Shown here: piece after piece, positions 1-9,690 of the stretch | Layout: every line of letters starts with the position of its first letter | Position numbering within the stretch: the first letter of the stretch is position 1 | Assembly (NCBI GenBank): GCA_965208575.1 | Contig: CBDBOV010000004.1 | Coordinates: forward strand, 1,024,001 to 1,088,000 | DNA: 64,000 bases | Origin: Spirochaetia bacterium | GTDB lineage: Bacteria; Spirochaetota; Spirochaetia; SZUA-6; Bin103 | Direction: 5' to 3' | Made by a program: the position numbers and the translations under genes | The notes under the pieces: model-generated | What the model saw: only the letters and a program-made list of their open reading frames with translations | Databases searched by the model: none | What the model was told of the DNA's origin: nothing

Positions 1-266
1 GCGTAGTGATGGATGTCGGGAGCGAACGCCGGGTACAGGGTGCCGCCGCCGCTCACCGCAAGGTGCCGGAGCACCGGCGGCTCGGCCGGGGGACCGCCCG
101 CGGGTTGCCGGCCGTCCGTGAGCGGCTGTTCGGGCTGCGCGGGGGCGGGGCCGAGGCGGCAGGCCCCGGCGACCGCCAGCACGAGCGCCGGCAGCAGGAT
201 GTGGAGACATCGGTGCGCGTGGGTCGGTTGCCCCGCCGAACGCCGAAGCGAGTGCCCACGCCTCAC
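1..266 (-). CDS. N-terminal part of a putative lipoprotein with a cadherin-like beta-sandwich start; runs off the left edge
   Basis: Manual translation from GTG at 266: MRRGHSLRRS...HILLPALVLAVAGAC RLGPAPAQ...LRHLAVSGGGTLYPAFAPDIHHYA. Hydrophobic signal plus lipobox-like AGAC; LxVSG..LYPAF.P...Y resembles cadherin-like beta-sandwich starts. Absent from the ORF track because it is open at the edge. Confidence 0.55.
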   Translation of the reverse strand, partial: MRRGHSLRRSAGQPTHAHRCLHILLPALVLAVAGACRLGPAPAQPEQPLTDGRQPAGGPPAEPPVLRHLAVSGGGTLYPAFAPDIHHY

Positions 267-1445
267 CTGAGCCGGCCGACGGCTCCCTCGGAAGCAACGG
301 TCGATCAGTTGGTGTCGTCGTCCACGACCGAGACGTTCGCGGTGCCCGGATTTCCGCTCACGTAGCCGTCGCCCGGAACAATAAGACAACCAATCGTCCC
401 ACCTATACCAGCTTGGTAAGGTGGATCGTCGTCGTTGACAGCCGTGACGGAAACAGAGCCGGTAGTACTGCCGGCGGAGATCGAGACCTCGGTCGGAGTC
501 TTGTTCAGGGTGACGTGCACCGCACTCACGCTCAGGGTGACGGTCAGCTCGGACGTCGGCGCCGGCGAGGCGGTCACCGTGAACGTGACCGAGTCGCCCT
601 CGTTTATGGAGGACGCGCTCGCGCTCACCGTCACGGTCACCGGCGGACCGGAAGGCGTCGTCGGCGACGGCGACCCACCGCCTGGAGTGCCGCCTCCCCC
701 CGACGGAGTCGGGTCGTTGTCGCGGACGACGACGGTGGCCGAGCCCGCCGAACCGACCGCGTAGCCGCCGCCGGCTTCGACGGTGACCGTCACCGAGCCG
801 TCCCGCTCGTCGGTGGCGTCGTTGTCGGTCGCCGCGGTCAGCGTGGCCGTTCCGGAGGTCGGGATGGTGACCGTCTTCCGACGGGTTCCGGTCAGGAACG
901 AACCCGACTCCGCCCAGCTCACCGTGACGGTGAGCGCGTTCGCCGGCGGCGGCGCCGCGGTCAGGGTGAACGACACCGGGCGGCCCTCGGTCACGGCCGG
1001 CGCGGTCGCCGCGATGGTTACCACCGGCTGTTCCGGCGTCCCTGATTCCGGCGCCGCGGGTTTCGGCGTGAGGGTCGCGCCGGCCGACGCGGCGGTGGAC
1101 GCGCCCACCCGGTAACCTGCACCGGCAGCGACCGTGGCGGTGACCGTACACCCCTTCGCCTCGACCCGGGCGCCGCTTGTCGGCACCGTCAGCGAGGCCT
1201 CTCTCTTGCCGGCAGGGACGGTCACGGACCTCGGCGCCTGCGCCAGCTCGCAACCGGAGGACGTTATCTTGACGCCGACGGTCAGATCGGCCGACGGCGC
1301 AGGGGCGGCCCGCACCAGGAACACCAGCGGACTGCCCTCGGCCACCGAGGGCGTGGCAGGCGCCGAAATGGTGATCACTGAGCTGGTCCCGGAAAAACGG
1401 ACGGTATGGTAGAGTGTATCCAAGGCCACGAGGAGGGCCAGCAAG

Positions 1446-1730
1446 ATGGCGACGAAGAGGCGTCGGTTCACAGCGGAGTTCAAGGCGAAGGTAGTGATGG
1501 AGGCGCTGCGGGGAGACCGTACGATCCAGGCGATCGCGGCCAAGCACGAAATACATCCGAACCAGATCAGCAGTTGGAAGCGGCAGGCTCAGACCGGTCT
1601 GCGGGACCTGTTCGCCGACGGCCGGAGCCGGCGGCAGAAGGAGCACGATGAGACCATTCACGACCTGCATGCCAAGATCGGGGAGTTGACCGTGGAGCGC
1701 GATTTTTTAGCACGCGGGCTCGGGCGCTGA
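1446..1730 (+). CDS. IS3 transposase OrfA (HTH)
   Basis: KRRRFTAEFKAKVVMEAL...IAAKHEIHPNQISSWK; T-TTT-TTA slippery heptamer at 1703-1709 for a -1 frameshift into orfB. Confidence 0.93.
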   Translation: MATKRRRFTAEFKAKVVMEALRGDRTIQAIAAKHEIHPNQISSWKRQAQTGLRDLFADGRSRRQKEHDETIHDLHAKIGELTVERDFLARGLGR

Positions 1731-1750
1731 GCCGGGCCGAGCGACGAGAG

Positions 1751-2587
1751 ATGATCGACCGCGAGCACGAGGGTCTGAGCATCAGCCGGCAGTGCCGCCT
1801 GATCGGGCTGAACCGGTCGACGCTGTACTACCGAGCGGTGGGCGAGAGCGCTGACACGCTCGCGTTGATGCGCCGCATCGACGAACTTTATCTGGAATGT
1901 CCGTTCTACGGCAGCCGGCAGATGATGCGCCATCTGGCACGCGAGGGAAAGCGGGTCGGTCGGCACCGGGTGCGGCGGCTGATGCGGCTGTTGGGGCTGG
2001 AGGCGATCTACCGCAAGCCACGCACCAGCGTCGCGCACCCGGACCATCGGGTGTATCCGTATCTGCTGCGAGGGCTTACGATTGAGCGCCCGAACCAGGT
2101 GTGGTGCGCGGACTTGACCTACATCCCGGTGCAGGGAGGATTTCTGTACCTGGTGGCGATCATGGACTGGGCGAGCCGGCGGGTGTTGGCCTGGCGGCTG
2201 TCCAACACGATGGACACCTCCTTCTGCCTGGAGGCGTTGGCGGACGCTCTGGAAGACTTCGGCATTCCCGAGATCTTCAACACCGATCAGGGCAGCCAGT
2301 TCACCAGCATCGCGTTCACCGGCCAGTTGGAGGCGACCGGGATACGGTGCTCGATGGACGGGCGCGGTCGTTGTCTGGATAACGTATTCATCGAACGGTT
2401 GTGGCGCTCGCTGAAGTACGAGTCGGTATACCTGCACGATTTGGAGGATGGCTTCGAGGCGCAGCGGGTGATCGACGGGTGGATGGCATTCTACAACGAG
2501 ACCCGACCACACTCGGCGCTCGGCGGGCGTACGCCCGCGGAAGCGTACCGCGACGGGGTGGCGGAACAACAGCAGGAGGTGGCGTAG
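1751..2587 (+). CDS. IS3 transposase OrfB (DDE integrase core)
   Basis: NQVWCADLTYI, FNTDQGSQF, DNVFIERLWRSLKYE, YNETRPHSALG motifs; -1 frame relative to orfA. Confidence 0.95.
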   Translation: MIDREHEGLSISRQCRLIGLNRSTLYYRAVGESADTLALMRRIDELYLECPFYGSRQMMRHLAREGKRVGRHRVRRLMRLLGLEAIYRKPRTSVAHPDHRVYPYLLRGLTIERPNQVWCADLTYIPVQGGFLYLVAIMDWASRRVLAWRLSNTMDTSFCLEALADALEDFGIPEIFNTDQGSQFTSIAFTGQLEATGIRCSMDGRGRCLDNVFIERLWRSLKYESVYLHDLEDGFEAQRVIDGWMAFYNETRPHSALGGRTPAEAYRDGVAEQQQEVA

Positions 2588-3183
2588 CGAACAGGAACGG
2601 CAGGCGGTTGGCATGGGGTGCAAGGGCATCCGAGGACCAACGGGAGCGCGAGCAGTGGGGACGAAGTATCCACATATCCACAGGCTCGCTCACCCCCTCC
2701 CCGGACCCCACCCCCATTACCGCCGCCTGATCATCTCGACCAGGAGGGTGGGTTGACAACGAACGAGATGCACTCTACAATATCCCATCCACTGTCCAAC
2801 CTATCGGGTCCACGTCACACCACCGCGCGCGTGGGCTTTTCCGTTGTCTCGGGCGCCACTTGCGCGCACCCTGCGAGCGCCAGGACAAGGAGCAGACCGA
2901 ACCCGGCCGAGCGCTGGCCAAGCTGGCGTGCCAGACGGGACGGACAGCGATCGGTGAACGCTTTCCGCGTCACCGGGACATCCCCTCGGCGCACACGCAT
3001 CATGACAGGCGGACCGAAGCTGCGCGGGCGAAGTTTGGGCCCCCGAACGCCCGGCCCATATGCCTGGCACGTCTCGCCAACGTGGACCGACGGTGCACGC
3101 CATTGCAGGTGCTCCCGGGGACGGACCTGGTGTGAACGCGGAGCGACCGGTAGTGCTGCGCTACGAGGTCGCCGAGTGGCGGG

Positions 3184-3271
<88 letters not shown>

Positions 3272-3642
3272 CAAACTACGTGCCAAAGGGTTGGACATCG
3301 GTCCTCTCACCGCGCAAGCGCGGGTCCTGGAGATTCGGGAACAACCGAACGTCGTACGCGGTATCGGACATCGGAGTACGCGAGACCAGCACGCAGAAAT
3401 TACTCGCCGTGGACGCATTTCGAGTGGCGATTCTCATTACGCGGCGCGTCTTGATCAATACATACCGCCCGTAAGACACGAAACAAACACCGATTTTATC
3501 GATCTATTCACCATTTCGTCACGATAGCTCCGCCGGTTGCCGCCGGTCGTCGCCAAAGGGCGCCGACGCGTTTACAGGTCCAGGGCCGAACAGGGAGGGG
3601 CGCGTTGCGGCGGGTGGCCGGTCGCAGGTAGGATCGCGGCAG

Positions 3643-5280
3643 ATGTACAGGGGCCCGAGGCGAAAACCCCGCTGCATTCGAGCGGCGATCCATCCCGGCT
3701 GGCCGCTCACGGTGTGGCGCCGGGTTCCAGCGCGGGCTGCGCGGTCGCTGCGAGCGGTGGACCGCGGGCGATGGCGGCTGCTTCTGGCCGTGCTCGTCAT
3801 GTGCGTGGGCGCCGGCAGCGTGGCCGGCCAGAGCGCCGCGGCAGAGGGCGGCTCGACGGCGGCGGAGTTTCGCCAGCAACTGCCGCTCGGTCCGGTCACC
3901 GGCGATGCCGGGACGCTGCGCCAGCGGATCCTGAGTGCTACCAGCTACCGGATGACCGCCGGCGACACCTACGAGTTGCAGATTCAGCTCGGCTCCGACC
4001 GGGTCAACACGTTTCCGCTGGTGCTGCAGGACGACTACGAACTCGACATCCCCTACGTCGGCACGGTCGGCGTTCGCGACCGCCTGTTCAGCGATGGGCG
4101 CCGCGAGATCGTGCGCCGCATCAAGGAACAGGTTCCGGCGCGTTTCGTCAGCTTCGTGCTCAAGCAGCCGGCCCTGTTCGACGTGTTCATCTACGGCGGC
4201 GTAGCCAACCCCGGCATCTACACGGTCACCCCGCTGTCGCGCATATCCGACCTGATCACCGTCGCCGGCGGACCACAGGCGGGCAGCAGCCTGCGCGCCG
4301 TGGAATTGACCCGCGACGGCGCCACCGGCTCGATCGACCTGACGCGTTTCTCCACCCACGGCGAACTGGACGCCAACCCGACGCTGACGCCGGCCGACCG
4401 GGTGCGCATCCCGCGCGCCGAGCGCCTGGTGTCGATCACCGGCTCGGTGGCGTTCCCCGGCGTGTTCGATCTGCTCGCCGGCGAGGGCATCGCCGACCTG
4501 GTCCGGTTCGCCGGCGGCCTGCGCGGCCGCGAGGGCGATACCCGGCTGTCGGTGCTGCGCGGGCGGCCGGTGCCGCGCGTGGTGGAACTGGCGCCGGGGG
4601 AGTGGGCCACGTTCCAGCTTCGCGACGGCGACCGGGTCGAAGCCGCTCCCGCCGCCCGCCCGGAGCGCATGGTGCTGGTGCAGGGGGCGCTGTTCGGCGC
4701 GCCCGGCGGCGACCAGCCGCGCCCGATCCCGGACCAGCCGGTGGTGATGCTGCTGCCCTACGCGAGCGGCATGACCGTGCTGCAGGTGCTCGAACAGCTC
4801 GGCGGTCCCACCCCCCTGGCGCGGGCCGAACGCAGCAGCGTGCTGCGCGCCGCCTCCGGGGCACGGGTCCCGGTGGACGTGGCCGCGCTGTGGGAGTACC
4901 GCGATCCGCTCCTCGACCTGTTCCTGGATCCCGGCGACCAGTTGCACGTGCCGTTGCAGGACCTGAACGTCTACGTGGCCGGCGAGGTGAACGTCCCGAG
5001 CGCGGTACGCTACCAGCCGTCCCTGACGATCGGCGACTACCTGCGCGCCGCCGGCGGCCTGACCGAGGACGGCGGCACCGACTTCACGGTGATCGATGCC
5101 GACCATGCGCGCAGCCGCGGCACGCTGTTCACGCAGCCGGCACCGGGGTCGACGATCATCGCCAACCGGAATGCCTGGGCCGGAACCAGGAACGTGCTCA
5201 GCGAATTGGCCATCGTCGCCGGCTTCACCGTCATCATCTGGGACCTGGTGTTCAAGGTTTACGACCGGGTCGCCCCATGA
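3643..5280 (+). CDS. SLBB-domain polysaccharide export/biosynthesis protein (Wza-like); true start may be downstream
   Basis: Signal-like hydrophobic stretch; YRMTAGD, IPYVGTV and repeated V.G.V..PG...L..AGG SLBB motifs; C-terminal hydrophobic helix. Confidence 0.75.
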   Translation: MYRGPRRKPRCIRAAIHPGWPLTVWRRVPARAARSLRAVDRGRWRLLLAVLVMCVGAGSVAGQSAAAEGGSTAAEFRQQLPLGPVTGDAGTLRQRILSATSYRMTAGDTYELQIQLGSDRVNTFPLVLQDDYELDIPYVGTVGVRDRLFSDGRREIVRRIKEQVPARFVSFVLKQPALFDVFIYGGVANPGIYTVTPLSRISDLITVAGGPQAGSSLRAVELTRDGATGSIDLTRFSTHGELDANPTLTPADRVRIPRAERLVSITGSVAFPGVFDLLAGEGIADLVRFAGGLRGREGDTRLSVLRGRPVPRVVELAPGEWATFQLRDGDRVEAAPAARPERMVLVQGALFGAPGGDQPRPIPDQPVVMLLPYASGMTVLQVLEQLGGPTPLARAERSSVLRAASGARVPVDVAALWEYRDPLLDLFLDPGDQLHVPLQDLNVYVAGEVNVPSAVRYQPSLTIGDYLRAAGGLTEDGGTDFTVIDADHARSRGTLFTQPAPGSTIIANRNAWAGTRNVLSELAIVAGFTVIIWDLVFKVYDRVAP

Positions 5281-6449
5281 CTCCCGCGGACTGGACCTAC
5301 CTGGACTGGGCCGCCACCGCGCCGCCTGCGGCGCCGGTCGCGGACGACTTCCGGCTCGGCAATCCGTCTTCCGCGCACGCCTGCGGCCGGCGCCAGCGCG
5401 ACGCCCTGGACGCCGCCGCCGCCGCGATCGGCGCCGCCTGCGGGTGGCCGGCGGAGGAGGTGGTGGCCACCGGCGGCGCCACCGAGGCGGACCACCTGGT
5501 GCTGTACTCGCCGCTCGCCTACCTGCGCGACAGCCGGGCGGCGTTCCGGCGCGGTATCGTGCACTCCGCGGTCGAGCACGCGGCGGTGGCCGAACCAGCG
5601 CAACAGCTCGCGCGGATGGGCTTTCCGGTGCGGGTTGCGCCGGTCGGCGCCGACGGCCTGCTCGACCTGGACCGGTTCGCGTCGTGCCTCGATGACGCCA
5701 CCAGGCTGGTGGCGGTGGTCGCCGTGAACAACGAGACCGGCGCCATCCAACCGCTGGCGGCGGCGGCCGAGATCGTGCGCAGCCACGCACGCGGCATCGG
5801 ACGCCGCATCCACTTCCATACCGATGCCGTGCAGGCCCTGTGCCGCGGCCTGGAGGTGCCGGTTACCGCCGCCGACAGCGCCGCGGCGAGCGCGCACAAG
5901 CTCGGCGGCCCGGTCGGCGTGGGTGCGCTGTGGCTGCGCGGCGACAGCGCGCTGGAGTTGCTGCCGCGCGGCGGCGGCCAGCAGGCCGGGCGTCGTCCGG
6001 GCACCGAGAACGTGGCCGGGCTGCGCGCATTCGCCCGCCAGGCGACCGCCCTCGCATCGGCGGCGGGCGAGCACCGGCGGCACGCCGCGCGCCTGTGCGA
6101 GCGGTTGCTCGCCGGTGCGACGCGCCTGCGCCTGGAAGTGGTGCCGCGCGAGCGCACCGCGCACCCGGAGTGCTACTCACCCTACATCCTCTGCCTGTCG
6201 GCGCCCGGCGTACCCGCCGAGGTGCTGGTGCGCGTGCTCAGCGACGAGGGCGTCTACCTGTCGCGTGGGTCGGCATGCTCGTCGAGCGGCCAGAAGATCT
6301 CGCCGGTGCTGCAGGCGATGGGCGTGCCCGCGCCGGTCGCGGTCGGCGCGTTTCGGGTTTCGACCGGCTGGAGCACCACCGAGACCGACATCGACCGCCT
6401 GCTCGACGCCCTCGCGCGGGCGCTGCCGGCGCTGCGGGCGGTCGCGTAG
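5277..6449 (+). CDS. Cysteine desulfurase (NifS/IscS-like, class V aminotransferase)
   Basis: YLDWAATAP, GNPSS, TGGATEA, HTDAVQA, SAHKLGGPVGVG, GSACSS; ATGA overlap with upstream gene; adjacent to thiI. Confidence 0.9.
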   Translation: MTPADWTYLDWAATAPPAAPVADDFRLGNPSSAHACGRRQRDALDAAAAAIGAACGWPAEEVVATGGATEADHLVLYSPLAYLRDSRAAFRRGIVHSAVEHAAVAEPAQQLARMGFPVRVAPVGADGLLDLDRFASCLDDATRLVAVVAVNNETGAIQPLAAAAEIVRSHARGIGRRIHFHTDAVQALCRGLEVPVTAADSAAASAHKLGGPVGVGALWLRGDSALELLPRGGGQQAGRRPGTENVAGLRAFARQATALASAAGEHRRHAARLCERLLAGATRLRLEVVPRERTAHPECYSPYILCLSAPGVPAEVLVRVLSDEGVYLSRGSACSSSGQKISPVLQAMGVPAPVAVGAFRVSTGWSTTETDIDRLLDALARALPALRAVA

Positions 6450-6543
6450 TGCCGCGGACGGTCGGCCGGGCAGCGGCATCGGGGCGGTGCGGCGCCGGGC
6501 GGCGAGACTTCCGGCGCCGCACCGCCCGAAGCGGGCCGCGCCG

Positions 6544-7713
6544 GTGACCGAGTTCATCGTCAAGTACGGCGAGATCTCTCTCAAGGGAGCCAATCGTCTT
6601 GCGTTCGAACAGCGGCTGATGCGCAACATCGCGCGCCGGCTGCCGCGCAAGGCGGCGCGCGTGCGGCGTACGTGGGGCCGGGTGTTCCTGGCCGTGGAAG
6701 ACGCCCTCGCCGACGAGGCGGCGCGCGGCCTGGCCGCGACCTTCGGGGTGGTGTCCTATGCTCGGGTGGCGCGCTTCGAGAAGAGCGAGGCATCGTTCCC
6801 GCGCGCCGCCGACTTTATCGCCCGAGAGCTGGCTACCAGCGGCGGGGGGCAGCGCAGCTTCAAGGTGGAAGCGAGCCGCGAGGACAAGCGGTTCGGCCTG
6901 AACTCGTACGACATCGCCTGCCTGCTCGGCGACCTGCTGCGCGCCCGGCTCCCCGACTTCACGGTCGACGTGCGCCGGCCCGACGCGACCGTGCGCGTCG
7001 AAGTGCGCGACCACATCTACGCATACGCGGACCAGCACCGCGGTCCCGGCGGGCTGCCGGTCGGCTGCTCGGGCCGCGGCCTGCTGCTGCTGTCGGGCGG
7101 CATCGACTCGCCGGTCGCCGGCTACCTGATGGGCGGGCGCGGCCTGGCGGTGGACGCGGTGTACTTCCATGCCTACCCGTTCACCTCCGCCGAGGCGGAG
7201 CAGAAGGTGCGGCGGCTCGCCGCTGCCCTGCGCCGCTACCTGCCCAATCTCGCCCTGCACGTGGTGCCGTTCACCGACGTCCAGGTGCGCATCAAGGAGG
7301 CGGCCCGCGCCGCGGAGATCACCCTGCTGTCGCGCTGCGCCATGATGAGCATCGCCAGCGCGCTCGCCGCCCGCCACGGCCACGAGTGCCTGGTCACCGG
7401 CGAGAGCCTCGGCCAGGTGGCCAGCCAGACGGTGCCGAGCCTGCACCTCACCGGAAGCTACGCCACCCTGCCGGTACTGCGGCCGCTGATCGGCCACGCC
7501 AAGGAGGCGATCATCGCGATCGCGCAACGGATCGGCACCTTCGCGATTTCGACCCTGCCCTACCCCGACTGCTGCACGCTGTTCGCGCCGCGCCACCCGG
7601 TGATCAATCCGGTCGTGGCGGACCTGCGGCAGTCGTTCGAGCGCCTGCAGATAGAGGATGTCATGGAACGGAGCGTCGCCGGGACGGCAACACGGGACCC
7701 GATCCAGGTCTGA
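6544..7713 (+). CDS. thiI: tRNA 4-thiouridine synthase ThiI
   Basis: VKYGEISLKGANR, THUMP region, PP-loop LLSGGIDSPVA, TGESLGQVASQT, PYPDCC; GTG start. Confidence 0.93.
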   Translation: MTEFIVKYGEISLKGANRLAFEQRLMRNIARRLPRKAARVRRTWGRVFLAVEDALADEAARGLAATFGVVSYARVARFEKSEASFPRAADFIARELATSGGGQRSFKVEASREDKRFGLNSYDIACLLGDLLRARLPDFTVDVRRPDATVRVEVRDHIYAYADQHRGPGGLPVGCSGRGLLLLSGGIDSPVAGYLMGGRGLAVDAVYFHAYPFTSAEAEQKVRRLAAALRRYLPNLALHVVPFTDVQVRIKEAARAAEITLLSRCAMMSIASALAARHGHECLVTGESLGQVASQTVPSLHLTGSYATLPVLRPLIGHAKEAIIAIAQRIGTFAISTLPYPDCCTLFAPRHPVINPVVADLRQSFERLQIEDVMERSVAGTATRDPIQV

Positions 7714-7747
7714 CCGACGCGCCGGACGCAGCCGCCGGGCGGCCGGT

Positions 7748-8092
7748 TCAGGTCGCCGCCGCGGTCTTGGCGGGCTGGTCGGACTTGTTGGGTTTGTCGC
7801 CCCCCGAAGAGGAGGAAGAGGAGTCGGACCCGCTCCCTGTTTCGCTCTTGGGCGCCTTGTCCTTGTCCTTCTTGCCGTCGGTGTCCTTGGCGGACTCCTT
7901 CTTGCCGCGGCTGCCGTTCTTGGAGTCGGTGACGTAGAAGCCGGAGCCCTTGAAGATGATGCCGGTGCCGCCGCCGATCAGCCGGCGCACCGGCTCACCG
8001 CAAATCATGCATTCGGTCAGGGGTTCGGCGGTTATCGACTGCAGGCATTCGAACCGGTGTCCGTCCGAGCACTCATAGTCGTAGGTGGGCAT
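7748..8092 (-). CDS. FmdB-family zinc-ribbon protein
   Basis: MPTYDYECSDGHRFE...LTECMICG...RRLIGGGTGIIFKGSGFYVTD with Ser/Lys-rich tail. Confidence 0.88.
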   Translation of the reverse strand: MPTYDYECSDGHRFECLQSITAEPLTECMICGEPVRRLIGGGTGIIFKGSGFYVTDSKNGSRGKKESAKDTDGKKDKDKAPKSETGSGSDSSSSSSGGDKPNKSDQPAKTAAAT

Positions 8093-8249
8093 TGCACGGT
8101 CTCCAGGTAGGTTCGGATGAGGTCTCCAACTTTGTGGCCCTACTATACTTCCGGCGGACCGCCGAAAGCAACGCGCCAGGCACGCCCAGCACGCCGGCCA
8201 CGCCACCGCCGCCGCCGTGCGCAGCGCACGGCAGGAGCGCGCCCGCCGG

Positions 8250-9065
8250 TCACGGCTCGCGGATGCACACGCCGCGGGCGGCGAGCGCGCGCTTGATCTC
8301 CCGCACCGTGTAGGTGCCGAAGTGCACCATCGACGCCACCAGCGCGGCGTCGGCGTGCGCGTTCTCCAGCACCTCGTACAGGTGATCGGGGGTGCCGGCG
8401 CCGCCGGAGGCGACCACCGGAATGGTCAGCGCGTCTGCGAGCAGGCGCGTCACCGCCATCTCGTAGCCCGCCTGCACGCCATCGGTGTCGATCGCGTTGA
8501 GCACTACCTCGCCGGCGCCAAGCCGCTGCGCGCGCTGCGCCCACTCCAATGCGTCGAGCCCGGTAGCGCGGCGCATGCCGTCGATCATCACGCGGTAACC
8601 GCTCGGCATGGCGGCGTCCTTCTTGGCATCGAGGCCGAGCACGATGCACTGCGTTCCGAACGCCGCCGCCCCCTCGCTGATGATGCGCGGATTGCGTACC
8701 GCCTGCGAGTTCACCGACACCTTCTCGGCGCCGGCGAGCAGCACCGCCCGCATGTCCGCCACCGACCCGATGCCGCCGCCCACGGCAAACGGAATGAAGA
8801 TCTGTTCCGCCACCCGGCGCACCACGTCGAGCATGATCCCGCGCCGCTCGGCGGACGCGGTGATGTCGTAGAACACCAGTTCGTCGACGCCGTCACGGTA
8901 GTACTGCTGCGCCATGGCAACCGGGTCGCCCACCACCTTGTTGTCGAGAAAGCGCACCCCCTTGGTGGTCTTGCCGTCGCGCACGTCCAGGCACACGATT
9001 ACCCGCTTCGCCAGCCCGTCGCGGGCGCCGCCGGTCGCGTCCGCCGCGCTCGTCGCGCCAGTCAC
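8250..9065 (-). CDS. hisF: Imidazole glycerol phosphate synthase cyclase subunit
   Basis: [51 protein letters not shown]. Confidence 0.95.
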   Translation of the reverse strand: MTGATSAADATGGARDGLAKRVIVCLDVRDGKTTKGVRFLDNKVVGDPVAMAQQYYRDGVDELVFYDITASAERRGIMLDVVRRVAEQIFIPFAVGGGIGSVADMRAVLLAGAEKVSVNSQAVRNPRIISEGAAAFGTQCIVLGLDAKKDAAMPSGYRVMIDGMRRATGLDALEWAQRAQRLGAGEVVLNAIDTDGVQAGYEMAVTRLLADALTIPVVASGGAGTPDHLYEVLENAHADAALVASMVHFGTYTVREIKRALAARGVCIREP

Positions 9066-9066
9066 G

Positions 9067-9690
9067 TCAGGGATTCCAGGACAGAAAATTGTCCAGCAGC
9101 CGCAGTCCCCAGTGTCCCGACTTCTCGGCGTGGAACTGGGTAGCGACGATGTTGCCGGCGGCGACGATGGCGGTGAATTCCCGCCCGTACCAGGTTGCTC
9201 CGACGGTGGCCTCGCGGGCGGCCGGCATGACGCTGAAGGAGTGCACGAAGTAGAAACGGGCGCCGTCCGCGATGCCCGCCACCACCGGGTGGGCGCGGCG
9301 CTGCCGCACCACGTTCCAGCCCATGTGCGGCACCTTGCGACCGGGCGCCGGGAGCAGCCGCGTCACCCGGCCCGGTAGCAGGCCCAGACATTCGGTCGGT
9401 CCTTCCTCGGAGGAGTCGAACACCACCTGGCAGCCGACGCAGATTCCCAGCATCGGCCGGCCGGCCCGGTGTACTTCGCGCAGCGCCTCATCCAGCCCGC
9501 GGCTGCGCAACACCGCCATCGCCGCATCGGCGCCGCCGACGCCCGGGAATATCACCCGCCGTGCGCGGCGCACGCGTTCCGGATCGCCGCTGGTCACCGC
9601 GCCGGCGCCGAGGTGGGACACCGCGAGTTCCACGCTGCGCAGGTTTCCCGCCTCGTAGTCGACGATCAACAGTTCGTCACTGCTCTGCAT
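9067..9690 (-). CDS. hisH: Imidazole glycerol phosphate synthase glutaminase subunit
   Basis: [41 protein letters not shown]. Confidence 0.95.
   Translation of the reverse strand: MQSSDELLIVDYEAGNLRSVELAVSHLGAGAVTSGDPERVRRARRVIFPGVGGADAAMAVLRSRGLDEALREVHRAGRPMLGICVGCQVVFDSSEEGPTECLGLLPGRVTRLLPAPGRKVPHMGWNVVRQRRAHPVVAGIADGARFYFVHSFSVMPAAREATVGATWYGREFTAIVAAGNIVATQFHAEKSGHWGLRLLDNFLSWNP

Larger units (their letters stand above)
1379..2817 (+). mobile_element. IS3-family insertion sequence, 1439 bp, 3-bp target duplication CAC
   Basis: TG...CA ends; imperfect IRs TGAGCTGGTCCCGGAAAAACGGACGGT vs rc TGACGTGGACCCGATAGGTTGGACAGT; CAC at 1376-1378 and 2818-2820; orfA/orfB inside. Confidence 0.95.
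305..3003 (-). pseudogene. Calx-beta/Ig-like repeat lipoprotein interrupted by IS3 (5' part 2818-3003, 3' part 305-1378)
   Basis: 5' part encodes signal plus lipobox (FGLLLVLALAGC...KPTRAVV). 3' part has three VTI/VTV..V.EG..V.F.L/V.A.PAP...LTV repeats, two ending V.V.D.D. Removing the IS and one CAC copy restores the frame (RAVV-ITISAP). Confidence 0.85.

Noticed and set aside
305-1543. 412-aa ORF as an intact gene
   Set aside because: Its first ~55 residues are read from the IS3 left end; the true N-terminus is at 2818-3003.
3537-6449. 970-aa fusion ORF and other long Arg/Ala/Pro-rich ORFs (e.g. 46768-50712, 15230-17983, 3508-5790)
   Set aside because: Shadow or alternative frames typical of 70% GC DNA; the real genes start at internal ATG/GTG codons or lie on the opposite strand.
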